A DNA stretch of 59,943 nucleotides, from sequence record SRR31156797_608, one strand, 5' to 3'. The position numbers were made by a program, and so were the translations under genes. Below the pieces are notes generated by a model. The model was not told the DNA's origin. It saw only the letters and a program-made list of their open reading frames with translations, and made no database searches. Of the stretch, positions 37,479-46,732 are shown in pieces. Numbering within the stretch: position 1 is the stretch's first letter; every line of letters begins with the position of its first letter.

Positions 37479-39785
37479 TTAATCTTTCGTTTCAGTTGAG
37501 AATATTGATTTAGAAATATTTCTATAAGTTAAGTCATCATCTTCAATAAAATAAAATAGCCCTCCCCAACTATGTTTAACCATCATGTAAACAGTAACAA
37601 TACCATTTTCGTTCATGAAAATCCTGGTAATGGTTTTGTGTTTCTGCTCGTCAACTTCGATTGTTTTATGTTGGGTATAAACCTCTTTCAGTTTTTGTTT
37701 GTAAGATATAATGGCCTTTTCTTTTTCTGATTGAGAAGTGCCTTCTGCAGTTGCTAAATCTCTTAAATATTTAACTGAACCTTCCGGTAAATCTTCCTGA
37801 GCCGTATTTGGTTTATTATTCTGTTTTGCTTGTTGCTCTGCTATTTTTCTAGCTTTCTCCTGAGCTATTTTTCTTTCACGTTCAGCTTCAGCTGCTCTTT
37901 TGGCTGCGTTTTCTTCTTCCATCCTTTTCTTATCAGCCGCCTTAGCTGCAGCAATACTATCTTCTTTGGCTTTTATTTGGGCTAATTTACGAGCCCTGTC
38001 TTCAGCAGCTTTTTTGGCTTCAGCAATAGAGTCTAAACGGTTTTGTTTAGCTACTACTCTCTGTAAACTATCATTTCGACGTTTTTCTTTTGCAAGTTTC
38101 TTAGCCTTAGCAATGGCTTCCTGACGTTTACGTTCGGCTTCCTCTTTCCTTTTGGCTTCAGCTTCAGCATCTTTTCGCCTTTTAGTAGCTTCCTTCTGTG
38201 CTTGTATACTATCTTGTTGTTTTTGAAGTTCTGCTAATTTGCGTGCTCTGTCTTCAGCTGCATCTTTAGCTTCAGCAATTGAATCTAAACGCCTTTGTTC
38301 TGCCAATACCCTTTGTAAACTATCGTTTCGTCGTTTATCTTTTGCAAGTTTTCTGGCCTTAGCTATGGCTTCCTTTCGCTTAAGTTCAGCTTCTTCTTTT
38401 CTTTTGGCTTCTGCTTCTAGTTCTTTTCTTCGTTTATCCGCCTCTTTTGCTGCCTGAATACTATCTTGTTGTTTTTGAAATTCAGCTAATTTGCGTGCTC
38501 TGTCTTCAGCAGCCTTTTTTGCTTCGGCAATTGAGTCTAAACGTTTTTGTTCAGCCTGAGCTTGAAGCAGACTATCGTTTCTGCGGTTAGCTTCAGCTAG
38601 TTTTTTAGCCTTTTCAATTGCTTCCTTTCGTTTACGTTCGGCTTCTTCTTTTCTTTTACGCTCAAGCTCTTCCTGTCTTTTTCGCTCTTCCAACTCTTTA
38701 GCTTTTTTTATACTGTCTTGTTGCCGTTGAAATTCTGCCAATTTACGAGCCCTATCCTCAGCTGCTTTTTTTGCTTCAGCAATAGAATCTAATCTTCTTT
38801 GTTCAGCTGCTGCTCTCTTAATACTATCATTTCGCCGTTTATCTTCTGCTAATTTTTTAGCCTTAGCTATTGCTTCCTGTCGTTTACGCTCAGCTTCTTC
38901 TTTTCTTTTCTGTTCAGCCTCTGCCTGCCTTCTTTTTTCAGCTGCTTCTTTGGCTGCTTTGATGCTATCTTGTTGTCTTTTAAGTTCTGCCAGTTTGCGT
39001 GCCCTGTCCTCAGCAGCTTTTTTAGCCTCTGCAATAGAATCTAATCGCTTTTGTTCCGCCTGGGCTTTGATAATACTATCCATTCTTCTTTTGTCGGCTG
39101 CCAGTTTGCGCGCTTTTTCAATGGCTTCTTGCTTTTTTCTTTCGGCTTCTTCTTTCTTCTTTTGTTCCTGAATGGCTTTTTCCTGAGCAAGCTTTTTAGC
39201 ACGTGCTTCAGCTTGCTGTCTTTGTCTTTCTATCTCGGCTTGTCTTTTGGCTTCGGCTTCTGCTGCTGCTTGTTCTTCTTTATTGACTAGTTCTTTTTCT
39301 TTTTTATTTTGATCTATTTTTGATTGTACCGATTTTGAATAATCTACATCATAATCAAAATCCTTAATAGAAGGATCAAATGAAATCATCCCAACCGGTT
39401 GATTAAAAACCACTACTTTATCATCACCTTGTGGGTCAAGGTTTACCTGGAATTCATAAGGACGAAACGGAAAAACCATTTCGTCTTCTTTAATTTGAGA
39501 AGGTACATTCGTATTAATTTCAATCTTCTTTGTAATAAATCCCTTGGTTTCAAATGTTAATAGGTAATTCCTATCATACCTTAATTCAAATTCGAATTTA
39601 CCATTCTTTGGAGGAATAATTTGATTGACCTTCCTATCTCCTTCGGTCAAAATAATTACTGACCGCTCTTCAGTCTTTTCATTGAGCTTTAATTTACCAA
39701 ATACAATGAAGAAATCAGCCTGAGCAGAAAGTACGACAGGGAGAAAAATTAGAAAAGAAATTAAAAATATCTTAACTTTAAACAT
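37479..39785 (-). CDS. Exported protein with a long E/K/R/A-rich repetitive helical stalk (TolA-like composition)
   Basis: Signal peptide MFKVKIFLIS...LSA, N-terminal beta domain, about five 84-aa repeats, C-terminal domain with VKHSWGGLFYF. Confidence 0.8.
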   Translation of the reverse strand: MFKVKIFLISFLIFLPVVLSAQADFFIVFGKLKLNEKTEERSVIILTEGDRKVNQIIPPKNGKFEFELRYDRNYLLTFETKGFITKKIEINTNVPSQIKEDEMVFPFRPYEFQVNLDPQGDDKVVVFNQPVGMISFDPSIKDFDYDVDYSKSVQSKIDQNKKEKELVNKEEQAAAEAEAKRQAEIERQRQQAEARAKKLAQEKAIQEQKKKEEAERKKQEAIEKARKLAADKRRMDSIIKAQAEQKRLDSIAEAKKAAEDRARKLAELKRQQDSIKAAKEAAEKRRQAEAEQKRKEEAERKRQEAIAKAKKLAEDKRRNDSIKRAAAEQRRLDSIAEAKKAAEDRARKLAEFQRQQDSIKKAKELEERKRQEELERKRKEEAERKRKEAIEKAKKLAEANRRNDSLLQAQAEQKRLDSIAEAKKAAEDRARKLAEFQKQQDSIQAAKEADKRRKELEAEAKRKEEAELKRKEAIAKARKLAKDKRRNDSLQRVLAEQRRLDSIAEAKDAAEDRARKLAELQKQQDSIQAQKEATKRRKDAEAEAKRKEEAERKRQEAIAKAKKLAKEKRRNDSLQRVVAKQNRLDSIAEAKKAAEDRARKLAQIKAKEDSIAAAKAADKKRMEEENAAKRAAEAERERKIAQEKARKIAEQQAKQNNKPNTAQEDLPEGSVKYLRDLATAEGTSQSEKEKAIISYKQKLKEVYTQHKTIEVDEQKHKTITRIFMNENGIVTVYMMVKHSWGGLFYFIEDDDLTYRNISKSIFSTETKD
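37925..39160 (-). repeat. Degenerate 252-bp (84-codon) intragenic tandem repeat, about 5 copies
   Basis: The RLDS codon block recurs at about 38029, 38281, 38533, 38785 and 39037 (252-bp period). Confidence 0.9.
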
Positions 39786-39828
39786 GTGATCAGTATTGTA
39801 TAACAAAAAAAGCTAAAATTTGCTGAAT

Positions 39829-40332
39829 ATGAAAAATTATTTGACCATCATTTTAATCATACTTTCATTTTGTACGCTTTACTCTCAAGAAAACGATACA
39901 CTAATGGATTATAGTATGGTGCTAATTCAAAAGCAAGAGTTTGCAAAAGCTATTCCATTTTTAAAAAAATATAGCCAAGCTAACCCGGATCATCTTAATT
40001 CTAAGCTCCAATTGGCTTTCTGTTATACGCAAACCGGAGAATTACAGAAAAGCATTGAATATTATCAGGCCATATTAGCAGAAAGACCGGATTATCATCG
40101 TGCTTATTATATGCTTGCCAATATTTTTTACCGACAGGAAAACGCTGATAATGCTCTTCAAATGGTAAATAGCGCCTTAGATTTATCCGCTGATGATCCA
40201 GATTACCTTTTGATGAAAGGTCAAATTTTAAGGTTAACAGGAGATTTAAAGCAAGCATGTAAATTTTTCAAAAAAGCACGAAAATTAGGCAGTTCAGAAG
40301 CAAAATTTGAATATACTAAATATTGCAAATAA
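39829..40332 (+). CDS. Small exported TPR protein
   Basis: Signal peptide, TPR units, C-terminal AC..FKKA..LG...YC motif. Confidence 0.8.
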   Translation: MKNYLTIILIILSFCTLYSQENDTLMDYSMVLIQKQEFAKAIPFLKKYSQANPDHLNSKLQLAFCYTQTGELQKSIEYYQAILAERPDYHRAYYMLANIFYRQENADNALQMVNSALDLSADDPDYLLMKGQILRLTGDLKQACKFFKKARKLGSSEAKFEYTKYCK

Positions 40333-42072
40333 TTAAAAGAATTTCTTTATAGTCGAAAGCAATTGTCTTGATCTTATTGGTTTTGAAATAAAACCATCAC
40401 AACCTATTTTGTAACACTTTTCATCTTCATTAGCCATCATAAAGGCAGTTTGGGCTATAATTGGAAGATTTGGTTTTTTCTTTTTAATATAAGTTGCAGC
40501 TTCGTAGCCGTTCATTTCTGGCATTTGTAGATCCATTAAAATCAAATCGATATTTGTGTTCTCGTCAACAGCCTGGCAAGCCTCTATCCCATTTTTAGCC
40601 CATATTACTTTTGCACCTGTATTTACAATAATTTCGCGCAGAAAAATATAATTAAACTCCACATCTTCTGCTATTAAAATCGTTTTGTCGCTCCAGTTAT
40701 TGGTTTCCTTCTCTTCAATTTTTTGTATAGCCTTTTCAATTCTAAAGTTTTTCTCTGGAAAGGAAATATAAAAAGTGGTCCCTATATCTACTTCCGAATT
40801 GAACCATATGTTTCCACCCAACTGTTCAATCATTTCTTTTGCAATGCTTAACCCTAAACCAGATCCACCACTTTCAAATGTAAATGCATGCTCTTCACTT
40901 TTAAACAAGCTGAAAATCTCACTTTGCTTATCTTTATCTATACCCTTTCCAGAATCTTCAACATAGAGCTTAATTTGATCTTCGTCGATTTGGGTACCTA
41001 TTTTGATTTCACCCTCTTCGGTATGTTCAATGGCATTTTCAATTAATTGACCTATAACTTGTCTTATTCTAAAAATATCTGTGTAAATTTTAACTTTATG
41101 AGCATCGTCAGGGTATATAACATTCACAAATACTTTATCATTAATGTTTTTTGCCTCGTCTTCTTTCAATTCTACTTCAATTTCATTTAAAATGTCTTTG
41201 ATATCAAACCACTCTTTTCGAAAGTTAATTTGATTACTCTGTAATTTACTGGCATCAATGATATTATCAAACATTCTCACCAGCATCTGGGAGCTTTTGG
41301 AAATCATTGCTATAAAATCTTCTCTTTGATCTATGGTTAAATCAGGATCTGCCAATAAATCACTGAAGCCAACAATGGAATTTACCGGTGTCCTTACTTC
41401 ATGTGAAATATTGGTTAAAAATGCTGTTTTAAGTTGATTGGCTTTAGCAATCTTATCGAGCATGCTTTTATTGGATGCTATAGCTTTAACCCTGTCATAA
41501 GCCTGAGCAATAACAAGTGCTACGCTTTTATAAAAACTAAAAAGAATATTATTTACGGTATTTAAATTAGGGTTGTTAATAACCATTAAACCATACAGAT
41601 TATCTTTAAGCAACAATGAAAAAATCCACCATGTATTGTTTTCAGTTGGAAAAAATTTATTGAAAAATTGTTCTAACTCAGTAAAATTATCTTTAGCTTT
41701 TAGATACAGAACTTTAGTTTTTCTTAAATTTTTAATTAATTCTTTTTCAGGATTATATTTCAATGATATGGAATAAAGATCATTATGCTTTTCCTCTTTG
41801 ATGTGTTTGCCATTCAATAAAAATTCAGAATGTTCCTGATCAAGTGAATATATAGCAATGGATTCATCACTCACAACAGATATCTTTTTTAAAGATTCAT
41901 TTATATTTTGAGTAGAGATGGCATTGTCTTTTGTCAAAATTGGAATAATTTCTGTGATTACCTCCTGTTGTAACAAACTCCATTGAAGTGTATCAAAAAG
42001 CTCCTTTGTTGAAAAGGAGGATTCACTGAAATTCTCATCAAAAATGTTACTTTTGTCGTCGATTTGTGTCAT
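40333..42072 (-). CDS. Cytoplasmic hybrid sensor histidine kinase/response regulator
   Basis: H box NISHEVRTPVNSIVGFS, G boxes DSGKGI and GSGLGL, receiver domain AEDV...MDLQMP...SKP; start probably MTQIDD (42072). Confidence 0.92.
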   Translation of the reverse strand: MTQIDDKSNIFDENFSESSFSTKELFDTLQWSLLQQEVITEIIPILTKDNAISTQNINESLKKISVVSDESIAIYSLDQEHSEFLLNGKHIKEEKHNDLYSISLKYNPEKELIKNLRKTKVLYLKAKDNFTELEQFFNKFFPTENNTWWIFSLLLKDNLYGLMVINNPNLNTVNNILFSFYKSVALVIAQAYDRVKAIASNKSMLDKIAKANQLKTAFLTNISHEVRTPVNSIVGFSDLLADPDLTIDQREDFIAMISKSSQMLVRMFDNIIDASKLQSNQINFRKEWFDIKDILNEIEVELKEDEAKNINDKVFVNVIYPDDAHKVKIYTDIFRIRQVIGQLIENAIEHTEEGEIKIGTQIDEDQIKLYVEDSGKGIDKDKQSEIFSLFKSEEHAFTFESGGSGLGLSIAKEMIEQLGGNIWFNSEVDIGTTFYISFPEKNFRIEKAIQKIEEKETNNWSDKTILIAEDVEFNYIFLREIIVNTGAKVIWAKNGIEACQAVDENTNIDLILMDLQMPEMNGYEAATYIKKKKPNLPIIAQTAFMMANEDEKCYKIGCDGFISKPIRSRQLLSTIKKFF

Positions 42073-42097
42073 AAATGAATATATAAAGTATAAAAAT

Positions 42098-43510
42098 ATG
42101 AATTTAAAATTAAAGTACATCTGGTTTTTAGTATCTTTTATAATAATTCAGCTAAGTCTATACAGTCAGCCCCTTCGCATCGAGTTTACTATTGAGGGTT
42201 TGCCCAATCAGGAAATAATAATTGCGCATCATTTTGGAGAAAATACATTGGTAGATGATACCGTTCAAATGAATAATGATGGCTTTGGTGTTTTTTCGCG
42301 TGATACCCTTTTACCAAAAGGATTATATCTCTGTATTTACCCCGATCATAGCTATTTTGAGTTTATTTTGGATGATGATCAAAGTTTTGAGATTGAAACA
42401 ACCATTGGAAAAAGTGCCGAAGACTATATTAAAAATATGAAATTGAAAGGGTCAGATATTAATAAGGCATTTTTTGATTATCAACTGTTTATGATATCTC
42501 TGAACCAACAATCTAATGACCTCAGAAAAGCTTTAAAAAATGATCCCAACAATAAGGAGATTAAAGATAAACTTTCGAATTTAAATATTCAGGTTAAAGA
42601 TAAGTGGACTGAAATCAAAGAAAACTATTCAGGATCATTTTTAGCTAAAATGATCACAGCGCTTGAAGAAGTTAAGGTTCCTGAACCTCCCAAAGATGAA
42701 AACGGGAATATTACTGATAGTTTGTTTCAATATAATTACTACAAGGACCATTTTTTTGATAACATTGATTTTATTGATAATCAGCTACTTTACTCCCCAG
42801 TTTATCATAGAAAACTTCAGTATTTTTTCGAAAAAGTAGTGGCTAAAAGACCTGATTCAGTTATTTCTGCGGCTGATCGCTTATTGAGTAAGTTCGAATC
42901 AAAAGATAAATATTTTCAATATACGCTTGCACACATATTCAATAAATATGCAAATTCAAATTATATGGGATTTGACAAGGTTTTAGTGCATTTGGCTGAC
43001 AACTATTACTTAAATGGTAAAGCTAGCTGGGTATCAGAAGAATATATGCAAAAACTTAAAGAAAGAGTCGAAAAGTTACGTCCTAATTTATTAGGTGTAG
43101 TTGCTCCTAAACTTGATAAAATGCAAACTGTTGAAGGTTATTTTTATCCATTGCATGATATTAAGGCAAAGTTCACTGTGGTGGCATTTTGGGAGCCTGA
43201 CTGTGGACATTGTAAAAAGGAAATTCCTCAGTTGCATGAAGAGGTATTTGTAGAACTACACGATTATGATGTACAGGTGTATGCAGTTTATACTCAGGTG
43301 AATTATAATGAGTGGAAAGAGTTCATAGAAGAAAAAGCCCTAACAGATTGGATCAATGTTTGGGACCCTAATCATTTTACAAATTTCCGTAACAAATACG
43401 ATGTATACAGTACACCAACGCTTTATTTACTTGATGCTGACAAGAAAATCATAGCTAAACGTGTTGATGTAAAAACAATAAAATCGATCATTAAAGAACA
43501 AGGAAAATGA
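42098..43510 (+). CDS. Exported TlpA/thioredoxin-like protein (DUF4369/DUF5106-like N-terminal region)
   Basis: Signal peptide, YYKDHFFDN, FWEPDCGHCKK redox motif, YSTPTLYLLD. Confidence 0.85.
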   Translation: MNLKLKYIWFLVSFIIIQLSLYSQPLRIEFTIEGLPNQEIIIAHHFGENTLVDDTVQMNNDGFGVFSRDTLLPKGLYLCIYPDHSYFEFILDDDQSFEIETTIGKSAEDYIKNMKLKGSDINKAFFDYQLFMISLNQQSNDLRKALKNDPNNKEIKDKLSNLNIQVKDKWTEIKENYSGSFLAKMITALEEVKVPEPPKDENGNITDSLFQYNYYKDHFFDNIDFIDNQLLYSPVYHRKLQYFFEKVVAKRPDSVISAADRLLSKFESKDKYFQYTLAHIFNKYANSNYMGFDKVLVHLADNYYLNGKASWVSEEYMQKLKERVEKLRPNLLGVVAPKLDKMQTVEGYFYPLHDIKAKFTVVAFWEPDCGHCKKEIPQLHEEVFVELHDYDVQVYAVYTQVNYNEWKEFIEEKALTDWINVWDPNHFTNFRNKYDVYSTPTLYLLDADKKIIAKRVDVKTIKSIIKEQGK

Positions 43511-44142
43511 TACTTATACTAGGACTCTTGGTTTTTGCATATTTATTAGGTTCTGTTCCAAGTGCTGTTTGGATTGGGAAGGCATTTTTCAATAAAGATG
43601 TAAGAGAACACGGAAGTGGCAATGCTGGTGCTACCAACACATTCAGAGTTTTAGGCTGGAAGCCTGGATCGTTAGTATTTGCAATTGATACAGTAAAAGG
43701 ATTTTTAGCTGTATATCTTTTAAACTTTAGTTCTGCTAATAGTTATGAATATGGAGTGTTTTTCTTTATTGGAGCAGGTTTGCTGGCAGTAATTGGCCAT
43801 ATATACCCTTGTTTTGCTCAGTTTAGAGGAGGAAAAGGTGTTGCAACTATGCTGGGAGTTATATTAGGTTTACATCCTGTTCCTGCAGCTTTGGCTCTAT
43901 CTGTGTTTGTAATTGTTTTCTTTATAACTCAATATGTTTCTTTGGGTTCATTGAGTGCCGGGCTCTCCTTTCCTGTTTTAATCTTTATACTTTATCCCGA
44001 AACAGATCCATATTTGAAAGGGTTTGCTATTCTACTGGCATCTATATTGTTTTTTAGCCATAGAGCCAATATTCAAAGATTACTTACTGGAACTGAAAAT
44101 AAAGCTAAGATCTACGGAAAACAGCGGCAAAAGCACTCTTAG
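43507..44142 (+). CDS. plsY: Acyl-phosphate:glycerol-3-phosphate acyltransferase PlsY
   Basis: YLLGS, GSGNAGATN, GHIYP..FRGGKGVAT and HRANIQRL..GTE motifs. Confidence 0.95.
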   Translation: MILILGLLVFAYLLGSVPSAVWIGKAFFNKDVREHGSGNAGATNTFRVLGWKPGSLVFAIDTVKGFLAVYLLNFSSANSYEYGVFFFIGAGLLAVIGHIYPCFAQFRGGKGVATMLGVILGLHPVPAALALSVFVIVFFITQYVSLGSLSAGLSFPVLIFILYPETDPYLKGFAILLASILFFSHRANIQRLLTGTENKAKIYGKQRQKHS

Positions 44143-44947
44143 GTGCTTCTTCTTTCTTTTGTTCACCTATCTCATACCATTCTACGAGTTGTTTACGGAG
44201 GTTTTGACTATTTATATTGTAATCGTAAAGGCCAGGTTTGAAAAGTGATATTTTACCTGTCTCTTCCGATACGGTAATCACAATAGCCTGATAGTTTTCG
44301 GTCATACCTTTTGCAGCTCTATGTCTTAATCCCATATAAGCCGGAAGCTCTGTAGATTTTGATAGAGGTAAAACACATCTCGCAGCTACTATTTTTTTAT
44401 TGAAAATAATAACAGCACCATCATGTAAAGGACTATTTTTAAAAAAGATACTCTCCAGCAAACGACCTGAAATTGAGCTGTTTAGTATGTCGCCAGATTC
44501 AATAACTGGAGCAGGCTCGGTTCTTTTGGTCATTACAATAAGTGCTCCTGTTCGAGTGGCTGCCATGTTTACACAGCTCTTTACAATTTCTTCAACTTCT
44601 TTGTTGGTTAGCGATTTCGTTGATTTATGAAATAATTGTTCTAATGAAAAACTTCGACTAAAAAAATCCCGGGTGCCAATCATTTGTAAAAATCGCCTTA
44701 ATTCTTGCTGGAACACTATAATTAGAGCAATAACTCCAACCCCCATAAATTGTCCTAAAATGGTACTTAAAAGGTCCATATTGAGGGCCTGTACTAACTG
44801 CCAGAACAAATAAACTGAGAATATTACAACAAATATATTAATGGCAACAGTACCCTTGATTAATAGAAATATTTGATACATCAGAAATGCTACCAGCAAA
44901 ATATCCAGTATATCTAAAAATCTCAATGTAATAAACCCTTCAATCAT
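44105..44947 (-). CDS. dacA: Diadenylate cyclase CdaA/DacA
   Basis: Three N-terminal TM helices, FQQELRRFL, PLHDGAV, GLRHRAA and VSEETG motifs. Confidence 0.93.
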   Translation of the reverse strand: MIEGFITLRFLDILDILLVAFLMYQIFLLIKGTVAINIFVVIFSVYLFWQLVQALNMDLLSTILGQFMGVGVIALIIVFQQELRRFLQMIGTRDFFSRSFSLEQLFHKSTKSLTNKEVEEIVKSCVNMAATRTGALIVMTKRTEPAPVIESGDILNSSISGRLLESIFFKNSPLHDGAVIIFNKKIVAARCVLPLSKSTELPAYMGLRHRAAKGMTENYQAIVITVSEETGKISLFKPGLYDYNINSQNLRKQLVEWYEIGEQKKEEAPKSAFAAVFRRS

Positions 44948-45795
44948 ATGGTATTATTTAATGTTTTCTGAACCAATTTAACCGTTTCTGTAGCTTGCTT
45001 TACATCATGAACCCTAACAATGGAAGCACCTTTCATTAACGCAATTGTATTTAAAGCTGTAGTTCCAGTTAAACTCTCTTCAGGACTTATATTTAAATAC
45101 TTGTATATCATACTCTTGCGAGATAACCCAGCTAAAAGAGGCTTGTTAAATATAGACAATTCATGAAACTTATTTAATATTTCATAGTTTTGATCCAGGG
45201 TTTTTGCAAACCCAAATCCCGGGTCTAAGATCAGGTCATTTATCCCCAGCCTTGTAGCTTTGTCTATAAATTTAGCAAAATATATTTTCAAATCCTTTAA
45301 TAAATCATTGTAGGTGGTTTTAGTTTGCATATTTTGGGGATTTCCCTGCATGTGCATTCCAATATATATTTTATTTGATTCAGCTGCTATATATAATATT
45401 TCTGGTTCCAATTGCCCGGCTGATATATCGTTTATAATATCAATATTATAGTTTTCAATTGCATATTTTGCAACTTTGAACCTAAATGTATCAATTGAAA
45501 CAGGTATTTCAGGGAAATCAGATAACATTATTTCTAAAGCTGGTGTAATACGCTCAATTTCTATTTTTTCTGAAATGTCCTCTGCTCCTGGACGAGATGA
45601 ATAACCCCCTATATCAATCCATTCAGCCCCTTCGTTTATCATTTGAGTAATGCGCTGCACCATTTCTTTTTGATCAACTACTCTACTTTGCGAATAAAAT
45701 GAATCAGGTGTACAATTTAATATACCCATTATTAAGGGCTTGCCAATTGTAAAAATGTCTCCTCTTAGATTAATCTTATATTGCCTTGATATCAT
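44944..45795 (-). CDS. folP: Dihydropteroate synthase
   Basis: MGILNCTPDSFY, DIGGYSSRPGA, DPGFGFAK, GLSRKS and RVHDV motifs. Confidence 0.96.
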   Translation of the reverse strand: MISRQYKINLRGDIFTIGKPLIMGILNCTPDSFYSQSRVVDQKEMVQRITQMINEGAEWIDIGGYSSRPGAEDISEKIEIERITPALEIMLSDFPEIPVSIDTFRFKVAKYAIENYNIDIINDISAGQLEPEILYIAAESNKIYIGMHMQGNPQNMQTKTTYNDLLKDLKIYFAKFIDKATRLGINDLILDPGFGFAKTLDQNYEILNKFHELSIFNKPLLAGLSRKSMIYKYLNISPEESLTGTTALNTIALMKGASIVRVHDVKQATETVKLVQKTLNNTI

Positions 45796-45984
45796 CTAGT
45801 TAAAATAATCTAAACTATATAATTGTTATTAGTTTCACTGTAATTAATTAAACAGTTACGAAGTTAAAACAATATCCTTTATTCTTAAATCTTTTGATCA
45901 TTTTCATTATATCAATTTACAACTGGTTTAATAAACTGTTTATAAAAATCAGTGTTTTAATGTAAAACTATACACCATGCTTAT

Positions 45985-45992
45985 TATCTTTG
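45985..45992 (+). promoter_or_regulatory. Sigma-A -7 element (TATCTTTG) for the tmk operon
   Basis: Matches TAnnTTTG 40 bp upstream of tmk. Confidence 0.55.
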
Positions 45993-46031
45993 AAATCTTA
46001 AAGAAATAGATAACGATATAAAATACTGATA

Positions 46032-46721
46032 ATGAATAAATTTTTAGTTCTGGAAGGGTTAGATGGTTCTGGAAAATCTACGCAAGTTGAGATGCTTAAG
46101 AATTACTTTGATGCACAAAATGTAAATTATAAATTTTTACATTTTCCGAGAACTAATACCTCCTATTTTGGTGAACAGATTGCTCGTTTTTTAAGAGGTG
46201 AATTTGGAAAAGCAGATGAAGTGGATCCTTATTTAGTGGCTATGCTATATGCTGGCGACCGTTTCTCAGCTGCACAAAATATACGTCAATGGCTAAGTAT
46301 TGGTGCAGTTGTAGTAGTTGACAGATATGTAATGTCTAATATAGCTTTTCAATGTGCAAAACTTAATGATGAAGATGCTAAGGAAAAGCTCCGCAATTGG
46401 ATTTTTCAATTTGAATATAATTACTATCAAATACCAAAACCAGGAGTGTCAATTTTTTTAGATGCTCCTATGAAATTTGTTTCTCATAACCTTGAGAACG
46501 AAAGAAAAGGAGTCGACAGAGATTACCTTCAGGGTAAACAAGATATTCATGAAGAAAAAATTGAATTCCAAGAACGAGTTAGAAATGAATATATTAAAGC
46601 ACTTCACTTAGACAACTCATTTAAGCATGTTAATTGTGATACTGAAGGTAGTATGAAAAAACCAGAACAAATTTTTGAAGAATTAATTAATGTGTTAAAA
46701 GAGAATCATATTATCTCATAA
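46032..46721 (+). CDS. tmk: Thymidylate (dTMP) kinase
   Basis: LEGLDGSGKSTQ, HFPR, LYAGDR and DRYVMSN motifs. Confidence 0.88.
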   Translation: MNKFLVLEGLDGSGKSTQVEMLKNYFDAQNVNYKFLHFPRTNTSYFGEQIARFLRGEFGKADEVDPYLVAMLYAGDRFSAAQNIRQWLSIGAVVVVDRYVMSNIAFQCAKLNDEDAKEKLRNWIFQFEYNYYQIPKPGVSIFLDAPMKFVSHNLENERKGVDRDYLQGKQDIHEEKIEFQERVRNEYIKALHLDNSFKHVNCDTEGSMKKPEQIFEELINVLKENHIIS

Positions 46722-46732
46722 AATTACTGAAA

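Noticed and set aside
37925-39160. 252-bp repeats as CRISPR, a mobile element or an assembly artefact
   Set aside because: The repeats are in frame, inside a CDS, and diverged at synonymous sites
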